Assembly (NCBI GenBank): GCA_965228735.1
Contig: OZ245838.1
Coordinates: forward strand, 4,640,001-4,704,000
Direction: 5' to 3'
Source: Planctomycetota bacterium
GTDB lineage: Bacteria; Planctomycetota; UBA1135; UBA2386
Length of the DNA stretch: 64,000 nt
Notes under the pieces: generated by a model
The model's input: the letters and a program-made list of their open reading frames with translations, nothing else
The model's database searches: none
Told to the model about the DNA's origin: nothing
Part shown: in pieces, positions 46,158 to 54,872 of the stretch
Numbering within the stretch: the first letter of the stretch is position 1
Layout: the number at the start of each line of letters is the position of its first letter
Made by a program: the position numbers and the translations under genes

Positions 46158-49127
46158 ATGCAGAAGAACGCTGTCCTCATCGTCCTGCTCCTGCTGGTCA
46201 CGGCCGGCGTCTGCTGGCTCGTGTTCTTCCGCGGTGACGATGCCGCGCCGATCGTGCCCAACGACGGCGACGTGGTCCCCCTCGCCGACGATCCGGCGGG
46301 CGCATCCGGCGGCAGCGGCCTGGCGGCGGCCGAGGCGACCGGACCCTCGACGATGCAGCGCACGGCGGTCGCGGTCGGCAACGACGATCTGCTCGACGAC
46401 CCGGAGATCCGCGAGGGGCTCTGCGGGTTCAAGGGTCGGGTCGTCTCGTTCGACGGCCAGCCGGCGAGCCGCTGCGGTGTCCGGTTCTACCGCGGGGCGA
46501 TGGATTCGATCGTGCGCGAGGGTGCGGACGTGTTCGCCGACGAGCCGACGGCCGAACCGAACTACATCGCGGGCGAGACCCAGACGGGCGAGGACGGCCG
46601 CTTCCTGCTGAGCGGCGTCTGGCCGCGGGCGATCTACGTGATGTTCGCGGGCATCGGCACGGACGCGCCCGTGCACGAGATCATCACGCAGACGCCGTCG
46701 CCGGGCGAGGTCGTCGATCTCGGTGACATCGTGCTGCCCAACGCGGGCGTCATCGTCGGCAAGGTCCTCGGCGAGGACGGCCAGCCGCTCGCGGGTGCGC
46801 TCGTGCGCGCGGCCGACCTGCCGGGCACCCTCGCCGGGTTCTTCCCCGTCGAACGGTTCGACCCCGAGGGCGCGGTCCTCATTCGCGAGCCGCGGGCACC
46901 CGTGCAGGTCGTCGAGATGCCCCCGTGGGTCAAGGGCGCGTTCGAGAACGTGCCGATCCCGACGACCCACTCGGGCGAGGACGGCACGTTCCGGCTCGTC
47001 GGTGTCGTGCCCGGCAGCAATCTGCTCGCGGTTACCGCCGAGGATCACCTGTCACACATGTCGCCGAGCGTGGTCGTGCGCGCCGGCGAGGAGAAGAACG
47101 TCGGCGAGATCGGCCTCAGCACGGGTGAAGAACTCTGGGGCAAGGTCGTCGACGGCGATGGCGAGCCGGTCGCCGGAGCGGAGATCCTCGCCGGCTCGAC
47201 GATTCCGATCGCGCCCGTGGATCTCGCGCGCCGCGTGCCGAAGACGAACGAGAAGGGCGAGTTCACCGCGCTCGGCTTCGCGCGCGGCAACGTGACGGTC
47301 GCTGCCCGGCGCGGGCCGACGCACACGTGGGTGATCGCAGAGCCGCAACCGATCGGCAGCGACGTCGTCGTCGTGCTCGAGGCGTCGCGTCACATCGACG
47401 CGATGATCGTCGGCGCGGACGGTAAGCCCGTCGCGGACGCCAATCTGCGGCTGCTGCAGGGCGATGCGGGTGACGGCGCGGCCGAGATGGCCGTGTTCGG
47501 CTTCGTGCCGCCGGTCGACATCCGGGAGCGCGTGTCGCGCACCGAGGAGGGCGCGTGGCGCATCGAGAACCTCAACGCCGGCAAGTACACGCTGGTCGCG
47601 CGCGCGCCCGGTCACGCTACGGGCTTCGCCGAGGTGTCGATCAAGGACGCCAACGTCGAGACATCGATCCAGCTCGAGCCGTTCCAGGCGTTCCAGGTCC
47701 GGGTCGTCGGACCCGAGGAGCGCCCCATCAAGAACGTCGCGATCTACGCCGATCCGCAGGGGCGGCAGCTCTACGACATCCCGCTGATGTGCGGCCGCAC
47801 CGACAAGGGCGGCGCGCTGACCATCGATCGCTTCAAGGCCGACAAGTTGCGCGTCAGCGCGGAGCATCCCAAGTGGGGCTACGTGCACGGCGAGGCGGTG
47901 CTCGGCGAAGAACTCGTGCTGCGCATGGAGGCGCCGGGTGCGCTCGAAGGCGTGCTCACCGAGAACGGCGCGCCGCCGGAGGCGGGCAAGTACACGGTCG
48001 TCGTCGAGTGGCGTCGCAACGGCGGCCCGCGCGGTCCGCTCGAGGTCGTGCCGCGGATGGTCACGGCGGGTCTGGACGGCTCGTTCCGCGTCGCGGCGCT
48101 GCAGCCGGGCAGCTACCGCGTCCAAACGATCGATTCGCTCGACATGCTGAAGTCGCCGGGCGGCGTCATGGAGCTCATGATGTCGGCGCGGATGATGGGC
48201 GGTGGCCGCGAACAGCAGCGCGCCACGGTGGACGTTCTTTCCGGTCAGACGGCGCGGGTGCAGCTCGACGCCGGCGAGAAGCCGATCGAGGGTCCGACGG
48301 CGCGCGTGTTCGGCTCCGTGACCGTCAACGGTCGCCTGGTCGAAGGCGCGATGGTGATGGGCTGGATCGAGAACCGGCGCTACGGCGAAGAGACGGACCG
48401 CGCCGGGCAGTTCGATCTCGGGGTCGTGCCGGCCGGCAACGCCTATCTCACGATCACCCGGCAGGGCGGCATCTTCGGCGTCACGTCGACGATCTGGCAG
48501 GGCAACTTCGAGCTGAAGGAAAACGAGCAACGCGAGCTCCGCATCGAGATCATGACGTCGTCGATCTCAGGCACGGTGTACGGCATGAACGGCGCCCCCG
48601 TGGCTGGCGGTCACATCAGCGCGCGCGGCTCGTTACCCGACGACTCGGGTTCGCTCAACCTGCACGCGCCGATCGACGCCAACGGCAACTTCGAGTTCGA
48701 CGAAGTGGCGGAGGGCACGTGGACCTTCACGGCGCGGCAGCGCGGCGACGAGCCGAGCGAGGGCAAGGTGACGGGCGTCAAGGTCACGGGCGGCGTGCCG
48801 GTCACCAACCTGCGCATCGACATGCGCGCGACGATCCAGGTGAAGGGGCGGCTCGACTTCGCGATGTTCGGCAACGAGAAGCCGCAATGGACGTGGATCA
48901 GCGTGCACGAGCTCGAGCCCGACGGGTCGCTCGGCTCGCAGGAGGACGGCATCGGCATCGACATGGGCGACGGCTCGTTCCGGACCGATGACCTGGCGCC
49001 GGGGCAGTACGGCCTGCGGATTCACGCGGGCTGGGACGGCCGCAGTGAGCGGTATCGCGGCCAGAACATCACGGTCGGCCCCGATGGCCTGGACGGCATC
49101 GTCATCACCGGCACGAAGGAAGGGTAG
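46158..49127 (+). CDS. Large membrane-anchored carboxypeptidase-regulatory-like repeat protein
   Basis: N-terminal TM segment and many G-V-GEDG-P-AGA / T--DG-F repeats. Confidence 0.8.
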   Translation: MQKNAVLIVLLLLVTAGVCWLVFFRGDDAAPIVPNDGDVVPLADDPAGASGGSGLAAAEATGPSTMQRTAVAVGNDDLLDDPEIREGLCGFKGRVVSFDGQPASRCGVRFYRGAMDSIVREGADVFADEPTAEPNYIAGETQTGEDGRFLLSGVWPRAIYVMFAGIGTDAPVHEIITQTPSPGEVVDLGDIVLPNAGVIVGKVLGEDGQPLAGALVRAADLPGTLAGFFPVERFDPEGAVLIREPRAPVQVVEMPPWVKGAFENVPIPTTHSGEDGTFRLVGVVPGSNLLAVTAEDHLSHMSPSVVVRAGEEKNVGEIGLSTGEELWGKVVDGDGEPVAGAEILAGSTIPIAPVDLARRVPKTNEKGEFTALGFARGNVTVAARRGPTHTWVIAEPQPIGSDVVVVLEASRHIDAMIVGADGKPVADANLRLLQGDAGDGAAEMAVFGFVPPVDIRERVSRTEEGAWRIENLNAGKYTLVARAPGHATGFAEVSIKDANVETSIQLEPFQAFQVRVVGPEERPIKNVAIYADPQGRQLYDIPLMCGRTDKGGALTIDRFKADKLRVSAEHPKWGYVHGEAVLGEELVLRMEAPGALEGVLTENGAPPEAGKYTVVVEWRRNGGPRGPLEVVPRMVTAGLDGSFRVAALQPGSYRVQTIDSLDMLKSPGGVMELMMSARMMGGGREQQRATVDVLSGQTARVQLDAGEKPIEGPTARVFGSVTVNGRLVEGAMVMGWIENRRYGEETDRAGQFDLGVVPAGNAYLTITRQGGIFGVTSTIWQGNFELKENEQRELRIEIMTSSISGTVYGMNGAPVAGGHISARGSLPDDSGSLNLHAPIDANGNFEFDEVAEGTWTFTARQRGDEPSEGKVTGVKVTGGVPVTNLRIDMRATIQVKGRLDFAMFGNEKPQWTWISVHELEPDGSLGSQEDGIGIDMGDGSFRTDDLAPGQYGLRIHAGWDGRSERYRGQNITVGPDGLDGIVITGTKEG

Positions 49128-49161
49128 CGCGCCCGTTCGGTTCGGCGTCGCGGCGCGCGCG

Positions 49162-49659
49162 CTACCCGAGGTCGGCCGCGACCCGCTGCGGTAGCGCGAG
49201 GCGCAGCTCGCCGATCGTGCTGGCGCGCGACGCGAGCTCGACGGCGACGAGCATGCCCTTCTTGAGTGGGATCGATCGCCGCACGTCGCCGGTCAGCAGC
49301 GCGGCGAGCACGCAACCGAGGTGCGGCTCGTGCCCGACGAATGCGATCGCCGTCGTATCGGATGCGAGCTCCTCCTCGATGAGCCGCAGCGTTTCCCGGA
49401 CGCTGCCGCCCGGCGCGATGAGATCGGTCGTGCGCAGCTCCGGCGAGCCGCGCACCGCCAGTTCGAGCAGGATGGCTGCGGTCTCCTGGGCTCGCCGCAA
49501 CGAACTCTGGAACACGACGTCGAGCGGCGGCAGCAGCTTGTGCCATACGGGCGCCGCGGCGCGCAGCCGTTCTTCCCCATCACTCGTGAGAGCGCGCTCC
49601 TCGTCGGGTTTGCCGAAGCCGTCCTCGGCGCGACCGTGCCGCAGCAGATAGATGAGCAT
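49162..49659 (-). CDS. sixA: Phosphohistidine phosphatase SixA
   Basis: Motifs YLLRHGRAE, R-LT--G, SSLRRAQETA and VGHEP. Confidence 0.88.
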   Translation of the reverse strand: MLIYLLRHGRAEDGFGKPDEERALTSDGEERLRAAAPVWHKLLPPLDVVFQSSLRRAQETAAILLELAVRGSPELRTTDLIAPGGSVRETLRLIEEELASDTTAIAFVGHEPHLGCVLAALLTGDVRRSIPLKKGMLVAVELASRASTIGELRLALPQRVAADLG

Positions 49660-49680
49660 CGGTTCTCCAGACTAACCCGC

Positions 49681-49797
49681 GTGGCGATACCGAACCCGTT
49701 TCAAATCCGCCACGGCGCCGGCCACGCAACCCCGGTGCCTGCCGGCGTTCGCGCCGAGTCGCGAGTGGCGGATTTGAAACGGGTTCGGTACCGCCAC
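49681..49797. repeat. 33-bp inverted repeat pair (MITE/REPIN-like)
   Basis: GTGGCGATACCGAACCCGTTTCAAATCCGCCAC (49681-49713) and GTGGCGGATTTGAAACGGGTTCGGTACCGCCAC (49765-49797) are reverse complements with 1 mismatch, separated by a 51-bp spacer. Confidence 0.88.
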
Positions 49798-49811
49798 TGT
49801 ATGTTCACGTC

Positions 49812-51032
49812 GTGAGTTCGGAGTCCCTCTCTCAGCGCATGCGTGCTCGTCGTGACGGCGTGCGGCGGCCGTGGTGGCGTTCGACGCCGATGCTCGTGGT
49901 GTGGCTCGCCGCGATCGCCGGTCTGGTGGCGCTCGGGGTCCGGCACTGGCAGGCCGGCCGGGTCACGTTGACGTTCGTGCACGCGACCGGTGCCGTGCCG
50001 CCGCTCGAGCTGACCGTCTTTGCCGATCGCCTCACGTTCACCGGCCCTTCCCCGCCGGCCGCGCTCGGACAGCGGCAGGTCGAGGGCGCGAGCGCGACGC
50101 TGGCCGGTGACCTCGTGCCGGAGCGCGCGGTCGTGCGATACCGCGGTGACGGGGTCGGGGCCGGCATCGTGTTCGTCACGCTCGGCGACGACATCGCGCC
50201 GATCGAACTCGGGCCGGCGCGCACGATTCGCGGCTCGGTGGTCGAACCGCTCGGCTTCTGGGCGTTCGGCTGGCGGCCAGCCGGCACGAGGGCCGTCGGC
50301 GGCGCCGAGATCATCGCGATGGCCGGCGGCGAACAAGGTATCGAGATCGCGCGCACCGTCGCCGACGAGAACGGCGACTTCGTTCTGCCCGGGATCGCCG
50401 CGGCCGTCGATGCGCTGAGCCTGCGCGTGCGCGCACCGGGTTTCGAGCTCGGGCACGTCGACGTCTCGACCCATCGGCCGCGCACCAGCGCCGACCCCGA
50501 CATCGTCGTCGCGCCGGTTCGGCGCACGAAGCCGGTTCGCGGTCGCGTCCTCGGGCCGGACGACGTCGATCTCGAAGGGCTGTGGGTGCTCGCACGCGGT
50601 CTGCCGGGAGTGCAGGTTCGACCCGACGCGGACGGCACGTTCGAGCTCGACCACGTGCCGCCACGAGCGCAGCTGCGGTTGCTCGTTCACGGCCTCGGCC
50701 CGTTCTTCGCGTGCGCCGACGTGCGGGCCGAGCCCGGCAGCGTCCCGGAGCTGCGAATCGTCCCCGCCGGACTCGTTCGCGGTCGCGTCGTCGACCACGA
50801 AACGGGGGAGCCGATCGCCGGCGCCCTCGTCTACGCGAAGAACACGGCGACCGTGCGGACGGACGTACACGGGCACTTCGAACTGCCGCACATCGAGCCC
50901 GGCCGCGTCGAGGTCATCACGCAGGTCGAGACCAGGACCAAGAAGCGGCGCCGACAGGTCCGCTTCGGGCGCGCCGACGTCGACGTGCGGGCCGGCGCGG
51001 AGCAGGCCGGCGTCGAGATCCAAGTCCACTGA
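49812..51032 (+). CDS. Carboxypeptidase-regulatory-like domain membrane protein
   Basis: TM segment and motifs ADENGDF, VRGRV and TGEPIAGALV...TDVHGHF. Confidence 0.75.
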   Translation: MSSESLSQRMRARRDGVRRPWWRSTPMLVVWLAAIAGLVALGVRHWQAGRVTLTFVHATGAVPPLELTVFADRLTFTGPSPPAALGQRQVEGASATLAGDLVPERAVVRYRGDGVGAGIVFVTLGDDIAPIELGPARTIRGSVVEPLGFWAFGWRPAGTRAVGGAEIIAMAGGEQGIEIARTVADENGDFVLPGIAAAVDALSLRVRAPGFELGHVDVSTHRPRTSADPDIVVAPVRRTKPVRGRVLGPDDVDLEGLWVLARGLPGVQVRPDADGTFELDHVPPRAQLRLLVHGLGPFFACADVRAEPGSVPELRIVPAGLVRGRVVDHETGEPIAGALVYAKNTATVRTDVHGHFELPHIEPGRVEVITQVETRTKKRRRQVRFGRADVDVRAGAEQAGVEIQVH

Positions 51033-51053
51033 CGATTGCGGGAGCACGGAACG

Positions 51054-51620
51054 TTGAAGCCATTTCTGATGACGGTTCTCTTCGGCATCTCGGCCGGCCT
51101 GACCGGCGCCGTGATGTCGCCCCGACTGCAGGATCCCCAACCCCAGGATCCCCGACCCCAGGATCCCCGACCTCACGATCCGAAGGTCGAACGCTCGCAG
51201 GATCCCGGTTCGAAGCAGCCGGCGGCCGAGGAACCAGCGGCACAGGAGCCCGACAAGCGACCCGAGCGCGACCCGATCGAAGGCGTCTACCGCCTGACGC
51301 GCCGCATGGTCGAGGGCCGGCCCGACCCGCGCGCGAGCAGCGGCTACGTCGCGATCACGCGCCGGCACCTCCTGCTGTGCCTCGCGGGTGCCGGCACGGA
51401 TCCGGACTACCCGCTGCTGCGTGCCGGCGTGCGGGAGTGGCAGCGGCAACCGAACGGCTACCAGACGACGGTCAGGCTCGGCTTCTACACGGACGTGGAC
51501 GGCGAGATCCACGTCGAGGAGAAGGGCGAGTTGCGCGTTCGCCGCATCGACGTCGTGCGCGGCATGCTCCGCATCTGGCAGGACGGGTCGAGCTTCCTCG
51601 AGTTCGAGCGGCTCGAATGA
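51054..51620 (+). CDS. Hypothetical secreted protein with a QDP(R/Q)P repeat linker
   Basis: TTG start with a GGAG upstream, a signal-like N-terminus, and a beta-rich C-terminal domain. Confidence 0.65.
   Translation: MKPFLMTVLFGISAGLTGAVMSPRLQDPQPQDPRPQDPRPHDPKVERSQDPGSKQPAAEEPAAQEPDKRPERDPIEGVYRLTRRMVEGRPDPRASSGYVAITRRHLLLCLAGAGTDPDYPLLRAGVREWQRQPNGYQTTVRLGFYTDVDGEIHVEEKGELRVRRIDVVRGMLRIWQDGSSFLEFERLE
51129..51182 (+). repeat. 15-bp coding tandem repeat (QDPQP/QDPRP)
   Basis: CAGGATCCCC(A/G)ACC(C/T) in 3 copies plus a partial CACGATCCG. Confidence 0.85.
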
Positions 51621-51641
51621 CGCTCCGGCTGTCCCTGTGGC

Positions 51642-53207
51642 TCAGCGCCGCCGCGCCCGCCGCACGCCGCGCCACTCGGGCGACCCCATGAGGACGTGCG
51701 CGAGCAGATACCCGACGATGCCGACGCCGATCGGGATCGCCACGTCGTAGAGCGCGACCTGCATGAGGCTCGCATCTGGCGGCGCGCTCTGCGAGAGCAC
51801 GACCGCGACGCCCATCGCGCCGGTCGCGGCGATCGCGCGCACCCAGCTGCCCGTGAGCCCACCGTCGTCGACCGCGGCCACGTGGCGGCGAAAACGCTGC
51901 GCCAGGAGGATCGCGTTCGCCAGCGACGAGATGCTGCTCGCGAGCGCGAGACCGGCGGTGCCGAGATCGGTGAGCCAGAGCAGCAGCGCGTTGAGCGCCG
52001 CATTGCAGAGAACGAGCACGGCGGCGAAACGGGCGGGCGTGCGGGCGTCCCCCACGGCGTAGAACGCGCGGGCATAGAGCTGTGCGAGTCCGAGGAACGG
52101 CAGACCCAGCACGAGCAGCGTGACCGTCCGCGCCGTCGGTCCGACATCGGCTTCGACGAAGCGGCCGCCGAGGAACAGCATCCGGATCACCGGCTCGGCG
52201 AGCAGGGCGAGTCCGATCGATGCGGGCAGGGTCACGAAGATCGTGTAGCCGGCGAACTGATCGAGCGTGCTGCGCATGCTGCGCCGGTCGGTCTCGGTCG
52301 CTTCGAGCGCGAGCTTCGGGAACGCGGCGACGCCGAGCGACATCGCGGTCAGCGCATGCGGGAACAGCAGCAGCCGGTTGGCGAGATAGAGGTAGGTGAC
52401 GGCGCCCGACGACACGAAGTAGTACGCCATCAACATGTCGAGCAACGAGCTGATCTGGTTGAGCGACATGCCGACGACCATCGGCACCATGGTCACGAAG
52501 ACCCCGAACGCCGCGCTGCCCCGTCGCGGCAGGCGGAACCGGGGCCACGGCAGTTCATTGCTGCGCCACATCGGCAGCGCGAGGACCGCGAGCTGCACGA
52601 AGCCGCCGGCGAGCAGCCACCACGCGACGAAGTTGGCGATGTCGGTTTCGACCGTGTAGCCGAGTGGTCCCGCCAGGAGCAGGGCCGCGATCCAGAACGC
52701 GTTGAGCAGGACCGGCAGCGCGGCCGGCAGCGCGAACCTGCCGAGCGTGTTCAGCGCGCCACTGAGCGCCGCGCACAGACAGACCGGCAGCGCGTAGGCG
52801 AACAGCACGACGTTGAGCGTCAGCAGCAACCGGATCGCCTCGACGCCACCCTTCTCCGGCGCGGGCAGCCACTCGGCCGGATACAGCAGGCTGACGGCGG
52901 CGACCACGAGGCAGAGTGGCAGCAGGATCGTCGTCACCGCGCCCGTGATCTCCGCGAGCAGCCGCCGCGCCTCGTCCGGGTCGCGCTTCTGAGCCGCGGT
53001 GTAGGCCGGCACGAGCGCGGCGGACAGCGCGCCCTCGCCGAGCAGCCGCCGCATGAGGTTCGGCAGCATCCACGCGAGCAGGAACGTGTCCTGCACCCAG
53101 CCCGCACCGAGCACCTGCGCCATCATCCGGTCGCGGAACAGTCCGAGGACGCGAGACACGAGCGTCATCGCGGTCATCGACCCGGCGGCGCGCAGAAGTC
53201 GCGTCAT
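51642..53207 (-). CDS. murJ: Lipid II flippase MurJ (MviN)
   Basis: Motifs SRVLGLFRD, LPNLMRRLLGEGALSAALVP, YLANRL and RAFYA. Confidence 0.93.
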   Translation of the reverse strand: MTRLLRAAGSMTAMTLVSRVLGLFRDRMMAQVLGAGWVQDTFLLAWMLPNLMRRLLGEGALSAALVPAYTAAQKRDPDEARRLLAEITGAVTTILLPLCLVVAAVSLLYPAEWLPAPEKGGVEAIRLLLTLNVVLFAYALPVCLCAALSGALNTLGRFALPAALPVLLNAFWIAALLLAGPLGYTVETDIANFVAWWLLAGGFVQLAVLALPMWRSNELPWPRFRLPRRGSAAFGVFVTMVPMVVGMSLNQISSLLDMLMAYYFVSSGAVTYLYLANRLLLFPHALTAMSLGVAAFPKLALEATETDRRSMRSTLDQFAGYTIFVTLPASIGLALLAEPVIRMLFLGGRFVEADVGPTARTVTLLVLGLPFLGLAQLYARAFYAVGDARTPARFAAVLVLCNAALNALLLWLTDLGTAGLALASSISSLANAILLAQRFRRHVAAVDDGGLTGSWVRAIAATGAMGVAVVLSQSAPPDASLMQVALYDVAIPIGVGIVGYLLAHVLMGSPEWRGVRRARRR

Positions 53208-53344
53208 CGGGTGCTCACGAACGGAAACGAGGACGGCTTGTGCACGAGTTCGGGGTGGGACCTGTCGGCGCCATGGGGAACAATGCACACGGGTTCGTGC
53301 CCCGCAAGCTCGCTCTCTCGCCGCCCGTCATTCATGGCCATCAC

Positions 53345-53989
53345 GTGACTCGCCGCATCTTCATCGGTGACATCCAGGGCTGCCGCGAACCGCTCGAACG
53401 GCTGCTCGCGGCCGTGCGGTTCGAGGCGGGGCGCGACCGCCTCATGCCCGTCGGCGACCTGGTCAACAAGGGGCCGGACTCGGACGGCACGCTCGATCTG
53501 CTCATCGAGCTCGGCGCCGAGCCCGTGCTCGGCAACCACGACCTGTCGTTCTTGCGGAAGGGCAAGGCGGCGAGCGCTCGCCATCGCGAGTGGCTCGAGT
53601 CACAGCCGATCGTCCGCACGTTCGACGATCTGATCGTCGTGCACGCGGGCCTGCATCCGAGCTGGTCGCAATGGCCCGACGACCGCCTCACCGCGCTCGC
53701 GGCCGATGACGTGCGCTACGCGGTGACCGTGCGCTACTGCGACTCCGAGGGCAACCGACCGGCCGCCGACTGGCCGCCGCCTGGGCCGCCGTTCCGACCG
53801 TGGGACGACTGGTACACGGGCGCCCGGCGCGTCGTGTTCGGGCATTGGGCGCGGCGCGGTCTCGTCGTCCGGCCGCACGCGATCGGCCTCGACACCGGCT
53901 GCTGCTACGGTGGTGAGCTCACCGCGTGGATCGCCGAGGAAGATCGCTTCGTGCGGGTGCCGGGGATCGCCGGGATGCGATCGCGCTGA
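53345..53989 (+). CDS. Metallophosphoesterase (ApaH/PrpE-like)
   Basis: Motifs IGDIQGC, VGDLVNKGPDS, LGNHD, VHAG, FGHWA and LDTGCCYGG. Confidence 0.9.
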   Translation: MTRRIFIGDIQGCREPLERLLAAVRFEAGRDRLMPVGDLVNKGPDSDGTLDLLIELGAEPVLGNHDLSFLRKGKAASARHREWLESQPIVRTFDDLIVVHAGLHPSWSQWPDDRLTALAADDVRYAVTVRYCDSEGNRPAADWPPPGPPFRPWDDWYTGARRVVFGHWARRGLVVRPHAIGLDTGCCYGGELTAWIAEEDRFVRVPGIAGMRSR

Positions 53990-53995
53990 TGCTCG

Positions 53996-54697
53996 TCAGG
54001 CCGGTGCCGCGGCGGAGAGCGCGGTTTCGTAGTAGCCCGCGCCGAGCACGATGCCCGCGAGCCCCTTCTCCTCCAGCGCGCGGACCGAGTCGCGGTCTTC
54101 GCGGCTCTCGGCCCCGACGCGGGCGAAGAGCTCGACGTTCTCGAGCTGACCGAGCACCGCTTCGACCGCCGCGATGTCCGCGTCGATGTCGACCGTGTCC
54201 CCGATGCGCGAGTAGGACAGCGTCTCCGCGCCGGTCGACGTGATCGCGGCGATGGCCTCGGCGACGCTCCGCGCGTCGTTCTCCGCGCGGCCGCTGACGA
54301 GCACCTGACCGCCGCGGTCGTCGATCGCCGCGATGACCCGACGACCGAACTTGCCGACGAGCGCCTTCGCCTCGTCGGGTGCTGCGAGCATCATCGTGCC
54401 CACGACGACCCGATCGGCGCCGAGCGCGAACAGCTCCTCGGCGCGAGCCGCGCTGCGGATGCCGCCGCCGACCTGGAACGGGATCGTGCGCTCGGCGAGG
54501 CCGCGCAGCACGTCATCGTTGTTGCCCGACCCGAACGCCGCGTCGAGGTCGGTGATCTGGAAGAACAGGGCGCCGTGTTTCTGCAGCAGGCGCGCCGCCT
54601 CGAGCGGGTTCTCGTGCAGGACGCGTGCGTCGTCCGCACCCTTCGCGTCCGCGACCAGGCGGCCGCCGAGGATCTCGAGACATGGAACCTGCATCAT
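53996..54697 (-). CDS. HisA/HisF-family TIM-barrel protein, degenerate HisA paralogue
   Basis: DLDAAF, QVGGGIRS and GADRVVVGT are conserved; the catalytic and C-terminal phosphate-binding motifs are altered. Confidence 0.8.
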   Translation of the reverse strand: MMQVPCLEILGGRLVADAKGADDARVLHENPLEAARLLQKHGALFFQITDLDAAFGSGNNDDVLRGLAERTIPFQVGGGIRSAARAEELFALGADRVVVGTMMLAAPDEAKALVGKFGRRVIAAIDDRGGQVLVSGRAENDARSVAEAIAAITSTGAETLSYSRIGDTVDIDADIAAVEAVLGQLENVELFARVGAESREDRDSVRALEEKGLAGIVLGAGYYETALSAAAPA

Positions 54698-54872
54698 GAC
54701 GCGTCGCTACCCTTCATGACCTGGGGAAGAAGCGGGCCTGCGAGGCGAAGGCCGCCCCGGAACGAGACGTTCATCGGCTCAGAGCCGTCCGACCTTGCCC
54801 GAACCGTCCAGTTTTCGGACGCCGCTCGGCGGGCGGTCCGCAGCGGCCCGTCCCGTCGAGGGTTCGAGCCGG

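Noticed and set aside
49681..49797. CRISPR array (the ATTTGAAAC end resembles CRISPR repeats)
   Set aside because: Only two units, in inverted orientation, and no cas genes in the window.
51129..51182. 15-bp repeats as a regulatory or mobile element
   Set aside because: An in-frame coding repeat that gives a QDPxP low-complexity linker.
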